A DNA stretch of 54,964 nt, from assembly GCA_938041005.1 (NCBI GenBank), contig CALHZJ010000114.1:1-54964 (forward strand), read 5' to 3'. This document shows, piece by piece, positions 1 through 10,219 of this stretch. The translations under genes were made by a program, and so were the position numbers. Below the pieces are notes generated by a model. The model searched no databases. It saw only the letters and a program-made list of their open reading frames with translations, and was not told the DNA's origin. How positions within the stretch are numbered: position 1 is the stretch's first letter; each line of letters begins with the position of its first letter. The DNA is from an uncultured Candidatus Saccharibacteria bacterium. GTDB lineage: Bacteria; Patescibacteriota; Saccharimonadia; Saccharimonadales; Saccharimonadaceae.

Positions 1-215
1 TTTTTATCAAATCCCGCTGACAATCCTATTGGGTTATTAAATACAACTCCATCAATTTCCTGCTGTAGCGACTTATCCTGGAAGCTCCATAATTTACTAA
101 TAACCCACCTAACAGGAGAGAATGCTTGTGCCACGCGTCCACAAAAAATAATTAATTTATGTGTAAAATCTGGTGTTAATAAAAATAATATCGGCTTAAT
201 AATATGCTTATACAT
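1..215 (-). CDS. pyrD: Quinone-dependent dihydroorotate dehydrogenase, N-terminal part (runs off the window start)
   Basis: Manual translation from ATG 215: MYKHIIKPILFLLTPDFTHKL...GVVFNNPIGLSAGFDK. NPxGLxAGFDK is the class 2 DHODH motif. Not in the supplied ORF track. Confidence 0.85.
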   Translation of the reverse strand, partial: MYKHIIKPILFLLTPDFTHKLIIFCGRVAQAFSPVRWVISKLWSFQDKSLQQEIDGVVFNNPIGLSAGFDK

Positions 216-265
216 ATTCTAAGAGTATAACTATCTATGCTTTATTAAGCAAGGTTGCTTGTAAA

Positions 266-292
266 TAAAAAATCGCCTACTCGGCGATAATC
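266..292 (-). terminator. Intrinsic terminator of the tRNA operon
   Basis: ATCGCC/GGCGAT hairpin followed by a T-run on the minus strand, just after tRNA-Val. Confidence 0.6.
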
Positions 293-307
293 CTGACTAT
301 CTATGAT

Positions 308-384
308 TGGTGGGCGCTGAGGGACTCGAACCCCCGACCCTCTCGGTGTAAACGAGATGCTCTAGCCAACTGAGCTAAGCGCCC
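308..384 (-). tRNA. tRNA-Val(TAC)
   Basis: Cloverleaf GGGCGCT...AGCGCCC-ACCA, anticodon loop TTTACAC, GTTCGA T-loop. Confidence 0.96.
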
Positions 385-396
385 ATATTAAAAATA

Positions 397-473
397 TGGT
401 GGGCGATGAGGGACTTGAACCTCCGACCTCGTCATTATCAGTGACGCGCTCTAACCAGCTGAGCTAATCGCCC
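397..473 (-). tRNA. tRNA-Ile(GAT)
   Basis: Cloverleaf, anticodon loop CTGATAA, encoded CCA. Confidence 0.96.
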
Positions 474-483
474 TCATTCGTCT

Positions 484-519
484 TGGTGGAGTGTCGTGGA
501 CGTAAGCCCACTTCACCCC
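484..519 (-). ncRNA. Candidate tRNA-Ala-like minihelix (36 nt, CCA end)
   Basis: GGGGTG-AA-GTGGGC-TTAC-GTCCAC-GA-CACTCC-ACCA: 6-bp acceptor-like stem with G3:U, 2x2 internal loop, 6-bp hairpin, discriminator A and CCA. Confidence 0.55.
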
Positions 520-522
520 ATA

Positions 523-599
523 TGGTGGAGACACAGGGACTCGAACCCTGGACCCCCTGCTTGCAAAGCAGGTGCTCTAGCCAACTGAGCTATGTCCCC
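523..599 (-). tRNA. tRNA-Ala(TGC)
   Basis: GGGGACA...TGTCTCC-ACCA with G3:U70, anticodon loop TTTGCAA. Confidence 0.96.
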
Positions 600-620
600 A
601 TAAATTGCCAAGACTTTTTA

Positions 621-649
621 ATTGTACAGTATCTTTTTAATTCTGACAA
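621..649 (-). promoter_or_regulatory. Sigma70 promoter of the tRNA operon
   Basis: TTGTCA-17 nt-TACAAT on the minus strand, upstream of tRNA-Ala. Confidence 0.65.
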
Positions 650-665
650 GTGTATAATTAATAAT

Positions 666-905
666 ATGTTATATCAATTTAGTTTTAGCTCATTATTTTT
701 TGGGATTTTAGTCTTAATTGCTGGTGGAATCGTCGTCGTTTTTCATCAAAAATTAGCCGACAATCTGGGAAGCGGCGTAAGTAGCTATGATCGTTTCAAA
801 TTTTGGGGACTTGTTACATGTGGAGTAGGATTCGCTATTATGCTCAGCCTACACACTATCCCATTAAACTGGCTACTAAACTCCCTTTTTGGCGGCGGAC
901 TATAA
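666..905 (+). CDS. Small two-TM membrane protein (79 aa), hypothetical
   Basis: ATG 666 follows TATAAT (653-658); two hydrophobic segments; terminator hairpin at 926-955. The longer 483 start overlaps tRNAs. Confidence 0.7.
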   Translation: MLYQFSFSSLFFGILVLIAGGIVVVFHQKLADNLGSGVSSYDRFKFWGLVTCGVGFAIMLSLHTIPLNWLLNSLFGGGL

Positions 906-1002
906 TAGACGCCCACAAAAAACATAAATAGCCAAACATTATTGGCTATTTTTTATAATCACAGTTCTACCAAAATATAAGATTTGATTAAATATGCCAT
1001 AT

Positions 1003-1030
1003 AAAAAAGCCCCTCATAGAGGGACTTTTT
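1003..1030 (-). terminator. Terminator downstream of 16S rRNA
   Basis: AAAAAAGCCCCTC-ATA-GAGGGACTTTTT hairpin with A/T runs on both sides. Confidence 0.7.
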
Positions 1031-1199
1031 CGTTTAACAACTTGATTGTGCAATTCATCAATCGGTTTATCGTAGAGGAAGGTTGAACTTTTGTCTCGTC
1101 CTCGAGAGGACTATTGTAAATATGTAAGCTCGACACATTTACGAGACCGACCTAGCTCAATCTGTGATTGCTCGACAGATTGGCATCGTTACTCCCTAG

Positions 1200-2726
<1,527 letters not shown>

Positions 2727-2897
2727 AATCTACTTTGTATCAAAGTATTAAGGCTCTACAAAAATATAAACTGACGATGATATTGCACAATCAAATTGTT
2801 AAAGTTCATCTTAAGTCAGACTGAAGTATGATTTACCTCGCTTTACAGATTGTAAATCGTTGCTTAACTCGCACTCCAGCAACCAGACTTGTTACTA

Positions 2898-2926
2898 ATC
2901 TTACAGTATATAATTGCTTAGGTCAA
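2898..2926 (-). promoter_or_regulatory. rRNA promoter
   Basis: TTGACC-17 nt-TAAGAT on the minus strand, upstream of the 16S leader. Confidence 0.6.
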
Positions 2927-2939
2927 TAGATTTTTACAA

Positions 2940-3371
2940 TTATCTTGTTGCGAAAAATACAACGACAGCTACAACCATACCAATGGCCGCCCCAGCCGCC
3001 ACTTCTACAGGGGTGTGACCATGAGCAACGCGAAGCTTTTTCAATTTACTACCCTGCTCTGAAATTAACTTATTAAGCGTTTCACCCTGCATTCCGGACG
3101 AATAACGAACCATCATAGCATCATACATCACTATAATAGCCAGCCAAGTAGCTAGTCCAAATACAGAACTATCCCAGCCGTCTTGTAGCCCCAGAAATAC
3201 CGCCAACGACACGACAATCGCACTATGAGCGCTTGGCATACCTCCGGATAGAAGTATTTTTGGGTTTGTATCACCGCTAAATACTCGACGATTACGCCCC
3301 ATGAGATGAAACACTTGCTTCAACCCTTGAGATATTGCCCATGCAATTACTGGGACTATCAAGACTTTCAC
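2940..3371 (-). CDS. Divergent PAP2 family protein (DUF212)
   Basis: SGGMPSAHSA, VMYDA and GHTPVEV motifs. Confidence 0.88.
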   Translation of the reverse strand: MKVLIVPVIAWAISQGLKQVFHLMGRNRRVFSGDTNPKILLSGGMPSAHSAIVVSLAVFLGLQDGWDSSVFGLATWLAIIVMYDAMMVRYSSGMQGETLNKLISEQGSKLKKLRVAHGHTPVEVAAGAAIGMVVAVVVFFATR

Positions 3372-3373
3372 TA

Positions 3374-5872
3374 TTAATTACCCTCATCCTGCGGACGATC
3401 CGCCATTAAACCGATTGACGAAACAGCATCGCCGTCAGATAGGCGCATAATCGTCACACCCTGGGTCGTCCTACCGAGCAGCTTAATATCACTCAGGCCC
3501 AGGCGGATAGTTTGACCATTCTGAGAAACTAATAGCGCCTCTGTTATTTCTGGGTCAATAGTCTGAACGGAAATTATTGGACCGGTCTTAGCTGTTACAA
3601 CTGCAGCTTTTATGCCAACTCCGCCACGTTTATGACTTGGGAAATTCGACACCTTTGTACGTTTACCGAAGCCTTTTTCGCTAACCACCAGCAAGGTTTG
3701 GTCGTCACCCGTAACGATATCCATACCAACGACAGAGTCATTTGGACGCAATCTGACGCCGCGGACACCACGAGCTGATCTACCCATTGGGCGCGTATCT
3801 TTTTCGTTAAAGCGAATAGCTTGTCCTGCAGACGTAGATATAATCACATCATTTTCGCCAGTCGTCCTCTTTATCCAGCGCAGCTCATCGCCCTCATCCA
3901 ATTTAATAGCAATCAATCCATTCGTACGGACATTGGCATAATCTTTCACAGGAGTCTTCTTAACTGTGCCCTTCTTTGTCGCCATGAACAGATATCCGTC
4001 TTCGTTGGCGTTCTTTTCGTGCTTGATAATTGCCGTTATCTTCTCTTCTGGCTGAAGTTGCAATAAGTTAACCGCAGCGACACCTTTCGCGCTTAAGCTG
4101 GCAGCCGGCACTTCGTAGGCCTTCAATCGGAAGATCCTACCCATATTAGTGAAGAATAATAGATAATCGTGCGAGCTCGCCTGAACGACTTGATCAATAA
4201 CATCTTCTTCCTTAGTCGTCATACCGCGCTTGCCTTTGCCGCCACGATTTTGCCTACGATAGTCACTTACTAAGGTTCGCTTAATGTAATTTTCGCTTGT
4301 AAGTAGAATTACCGACTCTTCCTCTGGAATTAATTCCTCGTCAGAGAACTTTCCTAATTCGTGATTAATGATCTTACTGCGCCGCTCATCGCCATACTTT
4401 TCTTTCATAGCAAGCAATTCTTCCTTAACAACACGCAAAATCTCGTTCTCGTCAGCCAAAATTGCCTCCAGCTTCTTAATCAGTTCATGAAGTTGCTTCA
4501 ATTCTTCTTCAATCTTGTCGCGCTCCAATCCCTGCAATCGTCGTAGTTGCATCGCCAAAATTGCGGCCGCTTGAATTTCCGACAGACCAAATCTCTCCAT
4601 CAAACGCTTGTCGGCGTCATCATAACTTTCGCGAATTGTCTTGATCACCTCGTCGATATGATCAAGCGCAATTTTCAGACCTTCCAATATGTGAGCTCGT
4701 TCCTTAGCTTTGCGAAGTTCAAACTCGGTCCTGCGTCGAATAACGCCTTGACGATGCTTAATGAATTCCGCCAAAATCTCTTTCAAGCCCATAACTTTAG
4801 GCTGAATACCATTGACCAAAGCCAGGACATTATAATGGAATGACGTCTGCAATCCAGTCAATTTATACAATTGGTTAAGAATCTTCTTTGGATAAGCATC
4901 TTTTTTCAGTTCAACGACAACTCGAACCTTACCGCGAGCACTTTCATCTCGCGCATCGGCAATGTGCGTTATTTTTTTAGCAAGGACAAGTTCTCGAACC
5001 TTATCAACAAAGCCCTCTTTACTCATACCATACGGAACTTCGGTGATTATAATACTGTAACGACCATTTTTACGCTCTTCAATCGACGCAACCGCACGAA
5101 TCGTAACTGAGCCACGCCCAGTTTCATATGCTTGACGCATTGGCGCACCACCATAAACTTCCGCACCCGTCGGAAAATCAGGACCCTTAATGTGTGTCAA
5201 CAGTTCATCTAATGTAATTTCAGGATTATCTATTTGAGCAACTGTAGCGTCAACCACCTCACCAAGGTTGTGTGGTGGAATATTCGTTGCCATACCAACA
5301 GCAATACCCATCTGACCATTCAACAAGATATTTGGAACAGCCGACGGCAAAACCACTGGCTCTTTCTCTGTTCCATCGAAGTTATCACGAAAATCAACAG
5401 TTTCTTTGTCGATGTCAGACAGCAACTCGCCGCCAATTTTATCCATTCGCGCCTCAGTATAACGAGAAGCCGCTGGCTCGTCTCCGTCCATAGAACCAAA
5501 GTTACCCTGACCTTCAACTAGCATATATCGCATCTTCCAAGGTTGAGCCAAGTTCACCATAGCGTCATAAATTGATGAGTCACCGTGCGGGTGGTAGTTA
5601 CCCATAACCTCACCGACGATCTTCGCCGACTTCACCGTAGCGTGAGGGGCGCGCCAACCGTTCTTATTCATCGCATACAAAATACGACGATTAACAGGCT
5701 TCAGCCCGTCACGAACGTCCGGCAAAGCACGGTCAATAATAACCGACATGGAGTATTTAAGGAAGGAGTCTTCCATAACGCGCTCAACTGTCGACTTTTC
5801 AATACCGCGAACTTCTGGTTCTTCGTTCAGAATTTCCGGTTCTACTATATTTTTATTGTCATTGTCCGCCAT
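3374..5872 (-). CDS. gyrA: DNA gyrase subunit A
   Basis: RALPDVRDGLKP, HPHGDS, catalytic AASRYT, GyrA-box QNRGGKG. Confidence 0.98.
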   Translation of the reverse strand: MADNDNKNIVEPEILNEEPEVRGIEKSTVERVMEDSFLKYSMSVIIDRALPDVRDGLKPVNRRILYAMNKNGWRAPHATVKSAKIVGEVMGNYHPHGDSSIYDAMVNLAQPWKMRYMLVEGQGNFGSMDGDEPAASRYTEARMDKIGGELLSDIDKETVDFRDNFDGTEKEPVVLPSAVPNILLNGQMGIAVGMATNIPPHNLGEVVDATVAQIDNPEITLDELLTHIKGPDFPTGAEVYGGAPMRQAYETGRGSVTIRAVASIEERKNGRYSIIITEVPYGMSKEGFVDKVRELVLAKKITHIADARDESARGKVRVVVELKKDAYPKKILNQLYKLTGLQTSFHYNVLALVNGIQPKVMGLKEILAEFIKHRQGVIRRRTEFELRKAKERAHILEGLKIALDHIDEVIKTIRESYDDADKRLMERFGLSEIQAAAILAMQLRRLQGLERDKIEEELKQLHELIKKLEAILADENEILRVVKEELLAMKEKYGDERRSKIINHELGKFSDEELIPEEESVILLTSENYIKRTLVSDYRRQNRGGKGKRGMTTKEEDVIDQVVQASSHDYLLFFTNMGRIFRLKAYEVPAASLSAKGVAAVNLLQLQPEEKITAIIKHEKNANEDGYLFMATKKGTVKKTPVKDYANVRTNGLIAIKLDEGDELRWIKRTTGENDVIISTSAGQAIRFNEKDTRPMGRSARGVRGVRLRPNDSVVGMDIVTGDDQTLLVVSEKGFGKRTKVSNFPSHKRGGVGIKAAVVTAKTGPIISVQTIDPEITEALLVSQNGQTIRLGLSDIKLLGRTTQGVTIMRLSDGDAVSSIGLMADRPQDEGN

Positions 5873-5881
5873 ATCTCCTCC

Positions 5882-7870
5882 TTAAAAGTCCAAATCTTCC
5901 ACATTAACCTTAGCGGCATTTGTTTGAATAAAATTTTTCCTCAATTCTACACTATCACCCATAAGCTTCGTAAATATTGCGTCTGCCCGTTCTGCATCTT
6001 CAATATTAACCTTCACTAATGTTCGATTTTCTGGATTCATAGTCGTTTCCCATAATTGAGCGGCATCCATCTCACCAAGACCCTTAAATCGCTGCTGCGC
6101 CGTGTAGCCTGCCTGCTTAAATTTCTCAGCATTTTCATCAATCTTTACACCAGCAGCCTTGCGCTCATTGATCTTTTCGTTTAATTTTTGCTCGAGGGCT
6201 ACTTCATCATAAACGTAATCTATCTTACGATTACTGCCAGTTCCTCTACTCAGCCCGAACAGAGGCGGCTTCGCCAGATACACGTGGCCCGCTTCAATCA
6301 CTTCAGACATGTATCGGAAGAAGAATGTCATCAAAAGTGTAGAAATGTGCGCACCGTCAACGTCGGCATCTGTCATAAATATAATCTTATCGTAACGAAT
6401 GCCACTGATATCAAATTGGTCACCAATTCCAACACCCATAGCCTTGATCAGCGAAACAATTTCAGCATTAGCAAACATCTTATCAAACCTTGCACGCTCC
6501 GTATTCAACACCTTACCGCGAAGAGGAAGAACAGCCTGAATAGTTGAATCGCGGCCATCCTTAGCAGAACCCGCAGCCGAATTACCCTCGACAATAAATA
6601 ATTCACAATCTTTTCGGTTACGAGATGAGCAATCCGTCAATTTAGATGGCAAGTTTAAGCCTTCAAATGCTCCCTTACGGATAACGTTGTCGCGCGCAGC
6701 CCTTGCCGCCTTACGAGCTCGTGCCGCCAATGTAGCCTTGCCGACAACCTTCTTAGCTGTAGCTGGATTTTCCTCCAAGTAATACGCAAAATATTCGCTC
6801 ATCACCTGATCAACATAGCGGCGCATCTCTGGATTACCAAGTTTATTCTTGGTCTGACCTTCAAACTGAGGATCTGGCAACTTCACCAAAATAACTGCCG
6901 TCAAACCTTCGCGGATGTCATCACCAGTCAGATTATCCTCTTTTTCTTTCAGTAAGCTATTCTTGCGAGCATAATCATTAATTACACGCGTGAGGGCTGT
7001 TCGAAAACCAACCAAATGAGTACCACCATCAGGAGTTAAGACGTTATTGGCAAATGGCTTTACCACTTCAGCGTAAGTGTCGTTATACTGAACCGCAATT
7101 TCCACCATACAATCTTCAACCTGCTTCTCGACGTAAAATATATCGTCCGATAAAACATCCTTGCCAATATTCAGGTTTTTTACATAGCTCTGAATACCGC
7201 CCTCAAAGTAGAAAGCTTTTCGTTCGCCAGTTCGTTCGTCAATAACCGACGTGTGAATACCTTTCGTAAGGTACGCCTGATGGCGAAGATAATTAACAAC
7301 CCATTTATAATCAAAATTAACCGTCTCTTTAAAGATGGTTGGGTCTGGATAGAATGTAATTGTCGTACCAGAACCATCAGACTTTCCGACTACTTCTAAT
7401 TCTGTCTGAGGCACGCCTGTTGCGTATTCTTGGCGATAGATTTTACCATTCTTCCTAACTTCAGCAATCATCCGCGTAGATAGCGCGTTCACAACACTAG
7501 AGCCGACACCGTGAAGTCCAGATGAAACCTTATAGCCACCACCGCCAAACTTACCACCGGCGTGTAAGATTGTTAACACTGTCTCCAGCGTACTCTTACC
7601 CGTCTTTGGGTGTTTATCGACAGGAATACCACGACCGTCATCAGATACTCGAACACCACCATCCTTTAACAAAGTTACTTCGACCTTTGTAGCATAACCA
7701 GCGATTGCCTCGTCAATTGAGTTATCGGCAATCTCCTTAATCAAGTGATGTACACCCTCATACCCCGTACTACCGATGTACATTCCTGGACGCTTACGAA
7801 CCGGCTCAAGACCCTCTAGGACCTGGATTTGTGAGCCATCATAAGATTGTTCATTTGTTTGTTTAGCCAT
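5882..7870 (-). CDS. gyrB: DNA gyrase subunit B
   Basis: LEGLEPVRKRPGMYIG, GHKL motifs, TOPRIM PLRGK and DADVDG. Start moved to ATG 7870 (GAGGGAG SD). Confidence 0.98.
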   Translation of the reverse strand: MAKQTNEQSYDGSQIQVLEGLEPVRKRPGMYIGSTGYEGVHHLIKEIADNSIDEAIAGYATKVEVTLLKDGGVRVSDDGRGIPVDKHPKTGKSTLETVLTILHAGGKFGGGGYKVSSGLHGVGSSVVNALSTRMIAEVRKNGKIYRQEYATGVPQTELEVVGKSDGSGTTITFYPDPTIFKETVNFDYKWVVNYLRHQAYLTKGIHTSVIDERTGERKAFYFEGGIQSYVKNLNIGKDVLSDDIFYVEKQVEDCMVEIAVQYNDTYAEVVKPFANNVLTPDGGTHLVGFRTALTRVINDYARKNSLLKEKEDNLTGDDIREGLTAVILVKLPDPQFEGQTKNKLGNPEMRRYVDQVMSEYFAYYLEENPATAKKVVGKATLAARARKAARAARDNVIRKGAFEGLNLPSKLTDCSSRNRKDCELFIVEGNSAAGSAKDGRDSTIQAVLPLRGKVLNTERARFDKMFANAEIVSLIKAMGVGIGDQFDISGIRYDKIIFMTDADVDGAHISTLLMTFFFRYMSEVIEAGHVYLAKPPLFGLSRGTGSNRKIDYVYDEVALEQKLNEKINERKAAGVKIDENAEKFKQAGYTAQQRFKGLGEMDAAQLWETTMNPENRTLVKVNIEDAERADAIFTKLMGDSVELRKNFIQTNAAKVNVEDLDF

Positions 7871-8020
7871 ATCTCCCTCACTATTATCTGAATTATCAGC
7901 TCTTTTCAACAACCTTATTATACATCAAAATAGATATATTCTCAAACTATTTACTTTTTCAGCATGCTTATGCTAAAGTTAGATTAAAGTTATATAACAA
8001 CAAAAATAAAAGAGGTCAAA

Positions 8021-9625
8021 ATGTTCAAAAAAATTATCTCGCGCCTACCATATAGCCCTTCAATGATCCACAATTTGGGCTTTTATGCGAAACGCTTACG
8101 CAAAGAAGAAGCCACTCGAAAGATCGGGCTTATCTTAACCGCCCTAGCTCTTATTGTACAATCTTTCACTGTTTTTTCACCGCCAGAATCAGCCAATGCA
8201 GCAGATTCCAGCGACCTCATTTACGGCGGAATTTCTAGCGGCCAGCAACTGATGGCTCATTATGACGCGAACACAAATAATATTCGCGACCTCTATAATC
8301 ATCTTGGTATTAGCCGTTCTGATTTGGTGGCGGCGACCGGCAACCTCCAGACCTTAAATAGCAATATGGGCACCTATTCATGGGGACTTACGCCTCATTT
8401 TGGACCATCAAGAGGTGAAGGTTCATATGTAGTGCGCACATCTCAAGGAGGGGCTCGCACATTCTACTATCGACCTCACAACCTCTGGGGCAGCTTCTCA
8501 TATAGAGCATTCGTTGGATATTCGGCCGGGACTGGCTGGTTTGCAATTATGCTTAACTGTGGCAACTTAATCTTAAAATTCGCACCACCGAACCACCATT
8601 GTCCAACTGGTCAAGTTGGCACATACCCAAACTGCTCCACTCCACCACAGCCAGTAGCTACGTGTAACGCTCTAGACATAAAGAATAATGGAGACACTTA
8701 CCAACTTACAGCCAACGCAAGTGCAGCCAACGGTGCTACAATTCAAAAATATGTATACAGTATTTATCGAGGAAACACCCTAGTTAAAACTATAGAAAGC
8801 AACGATAAGATTGTATCTTATACAGAGAAAACACCAGGATCATACAAAGTTGTTCTAACGGTAAAAAGCTCGCTGGGCGACAAGACCTCAGACGCCTGCG
8901 TAAAGACATTTACTATACCAGAGCCAGCAAGATGTCCTCAAAATCCTAAATTATTAAAAGACGACCCTCAGTGCCAACCATGTCCAGGTGACTCTACTAT
9001 ATGGATTAACGATAGTAGATGTTCTGCCTCGTTCGTGCAGACAAAAACCGCAGTTAATCTCACCCAAAATAATGCCGATGCAACAACTACAGTTGCGAAA
9101 TCTGGAGATCGAATCACTTACACTCTCTCTGTAAAAAACAAAGGTCTTAAAGAGGAAGAATTTACGTTCAAAGATCAAGTCAGCGACCTATTAGAATATG
9201 CAGACATATTCGACGCTGGAGGCGGAAAATTGACGGATGATAAAGGTGCTAGCGCGGGCAGCGGCAACGCAAAAGTACTAGTATGGAACCCTATAAAGAT
9301 CAAGCCAGGAGAGACCCAGAAGCGCAGCTTTACCATCCAAATAAAGAACAGTATCCCGGCGATGGCTAGCGGTAAAAGTAATCCAATGTCTTATGACTGT
9401 AGGATTGACAACACATTTGGCAATACTGTCAGTACGAAAATTGACTGCCCTGCACCGAAAGTTATTGAACAAACCACTTCGCAACTGCCAAAAACTGGTG
9501 CCAGCGAGAATATGATGTTCGCAGGAATTATTGCAGCCGTGGTCGTATACTTCTACGCTCGATCACGTCAATTAAATAAAGAAGTTAGAATCATTCGGCG
9601 AGACATGTCCGCAGGAACTTTATAG
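8021..9625 (+). CDS. Surface protein with Ig-like/DUF11-type domain and C-terminal LPKTG-TM-basic tail
   Basis: N-terminal signal/TM, Cys/Pro linkers, 'GDRITYTLSVKNKG' DUF11-like motif, LPKTG followed by a hydrophobic helix and RSRQ..K tail. Confidence 0.75.
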   Translation: MFKKIISRLPYSPSMIHNLGFYAKRLRKEEATRKIGLILTALALIVQSFTVFSPPESANAADSSDLIYGGISSGQQLMAHYDANTNNIRDLYNHLGISRSDLVAATGNLQTLNSNMGTYSWGLTPHFGPSRGEGSYVVRTSQGGARTFYYRPHNLWGSFSYRAFVGYSAGTGWFAIMLNCGNLILKFAPPNHHCPTGQVGTYPNCSTPPQPVATCNALDIKNNGDTYQLTANASAANGATIQKYVYSIYRGNTLVKTIESNDKIVSYTEKTPGSYKVVLTVKSSLGDKTSDACVKTFTIPEPARCPQNPKLLKDDPQCQPCPGDSTIWINDSRCSASFVQTKTAVNLTQNNADATTTVAKSGDRITYTLSVKNKGLKEEEFTFKDQVSDLLEYADIFDAGGGKLTDDKGASAGSGNAKVLVWNPIKIKPGETQKRSFTIQIKNSIPAMASGKSNPMSYDCRIDNTFGNTVSTKIDCPAPKVIEQTTSQLPKTGASENMMFAGIIAAVVVYFYARSRQLNKEVRIIRRDMSAGTL

Positions 9626-9635
9626 GAGGTGAAAA

Positions 9636-10205
9636 ATGAGTGAAAAATTAAAATCTACCGTAGAGAATGCTGTCGACACCAGAGAATTAGCAGATTTAAG
9701 CAGAGAAAAAGCTGCTGAAATCGAAAGATCTCTAGAAAAGGCGGTTGAAAAAGAAAAATCAAATGCCGAAAATGAAAATAGCATTAAACATGAGGCTATA
9801 GAAATTGCCGCCCGCCAAGAAAAGCGGCAAGAACAAAAAGAATCTAAAGAGATAAAAGAAGATAAGCCTCTTACAAAAAAAGATATTGAAGCTTCGTATA
9901 AGAAGACTTTGGAAAATGTACAAGACCAACTATCAGCTCCATCCAGGGCTTTCAGCAAGGTCATTCATAATCCAGTCGTCGAAAAGACTAGTGACGCAAT
10001 TGGCAATACCGTTGCCCGCCCTAACTTAATCATCTCTGGCGCCTTAGGCGCAATAGCTTCTGTCGTTGTGTATTTTATCGCCAAACGATACGGATATATA
10101 TTATCAGGGTCAGAAACTATTATCTTGTTTGTAGCCGGCTGGTCTATCGGCGCTGTTATCGAATATGCTCGAGTAGGGTTTATCAACAATAGGAAAAATA
10201 GCTAG
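9636..10205 (+). CDS. Hypothetical protein, charged coiled N-terminus and two C-terminal TMs
   Basis: GGAGGTG SD, 189-aa ORF 10 nt after the upstream gene. Confidence 0.75.
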   Translation: MSEKLKSTVENAVDTRELADLSREKAAEIERSLEKAVEKEKSNAENENSIKHEAIEIAARQEKRQEQKESKEIKEDKPLTKKDIEASYKKTLENVQDQLSAPSRAFSKVIHNPVVEKTSDAIGNTVARPNLIISGALGAIASVVVYFIAKRYGYILSGSETIILFVAGWSIGAVIEYARVGFINNRKNS

Positions 10206-10219
10206 ATAGATGTTGAATC

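Noticed and set aside
483..665. 5' extension of the 140-aa ORF 483..905
   Set aside because: It is antisense to tRNA-Ala and the minihelix; the plausible start is ATG 666 after a -10 box.
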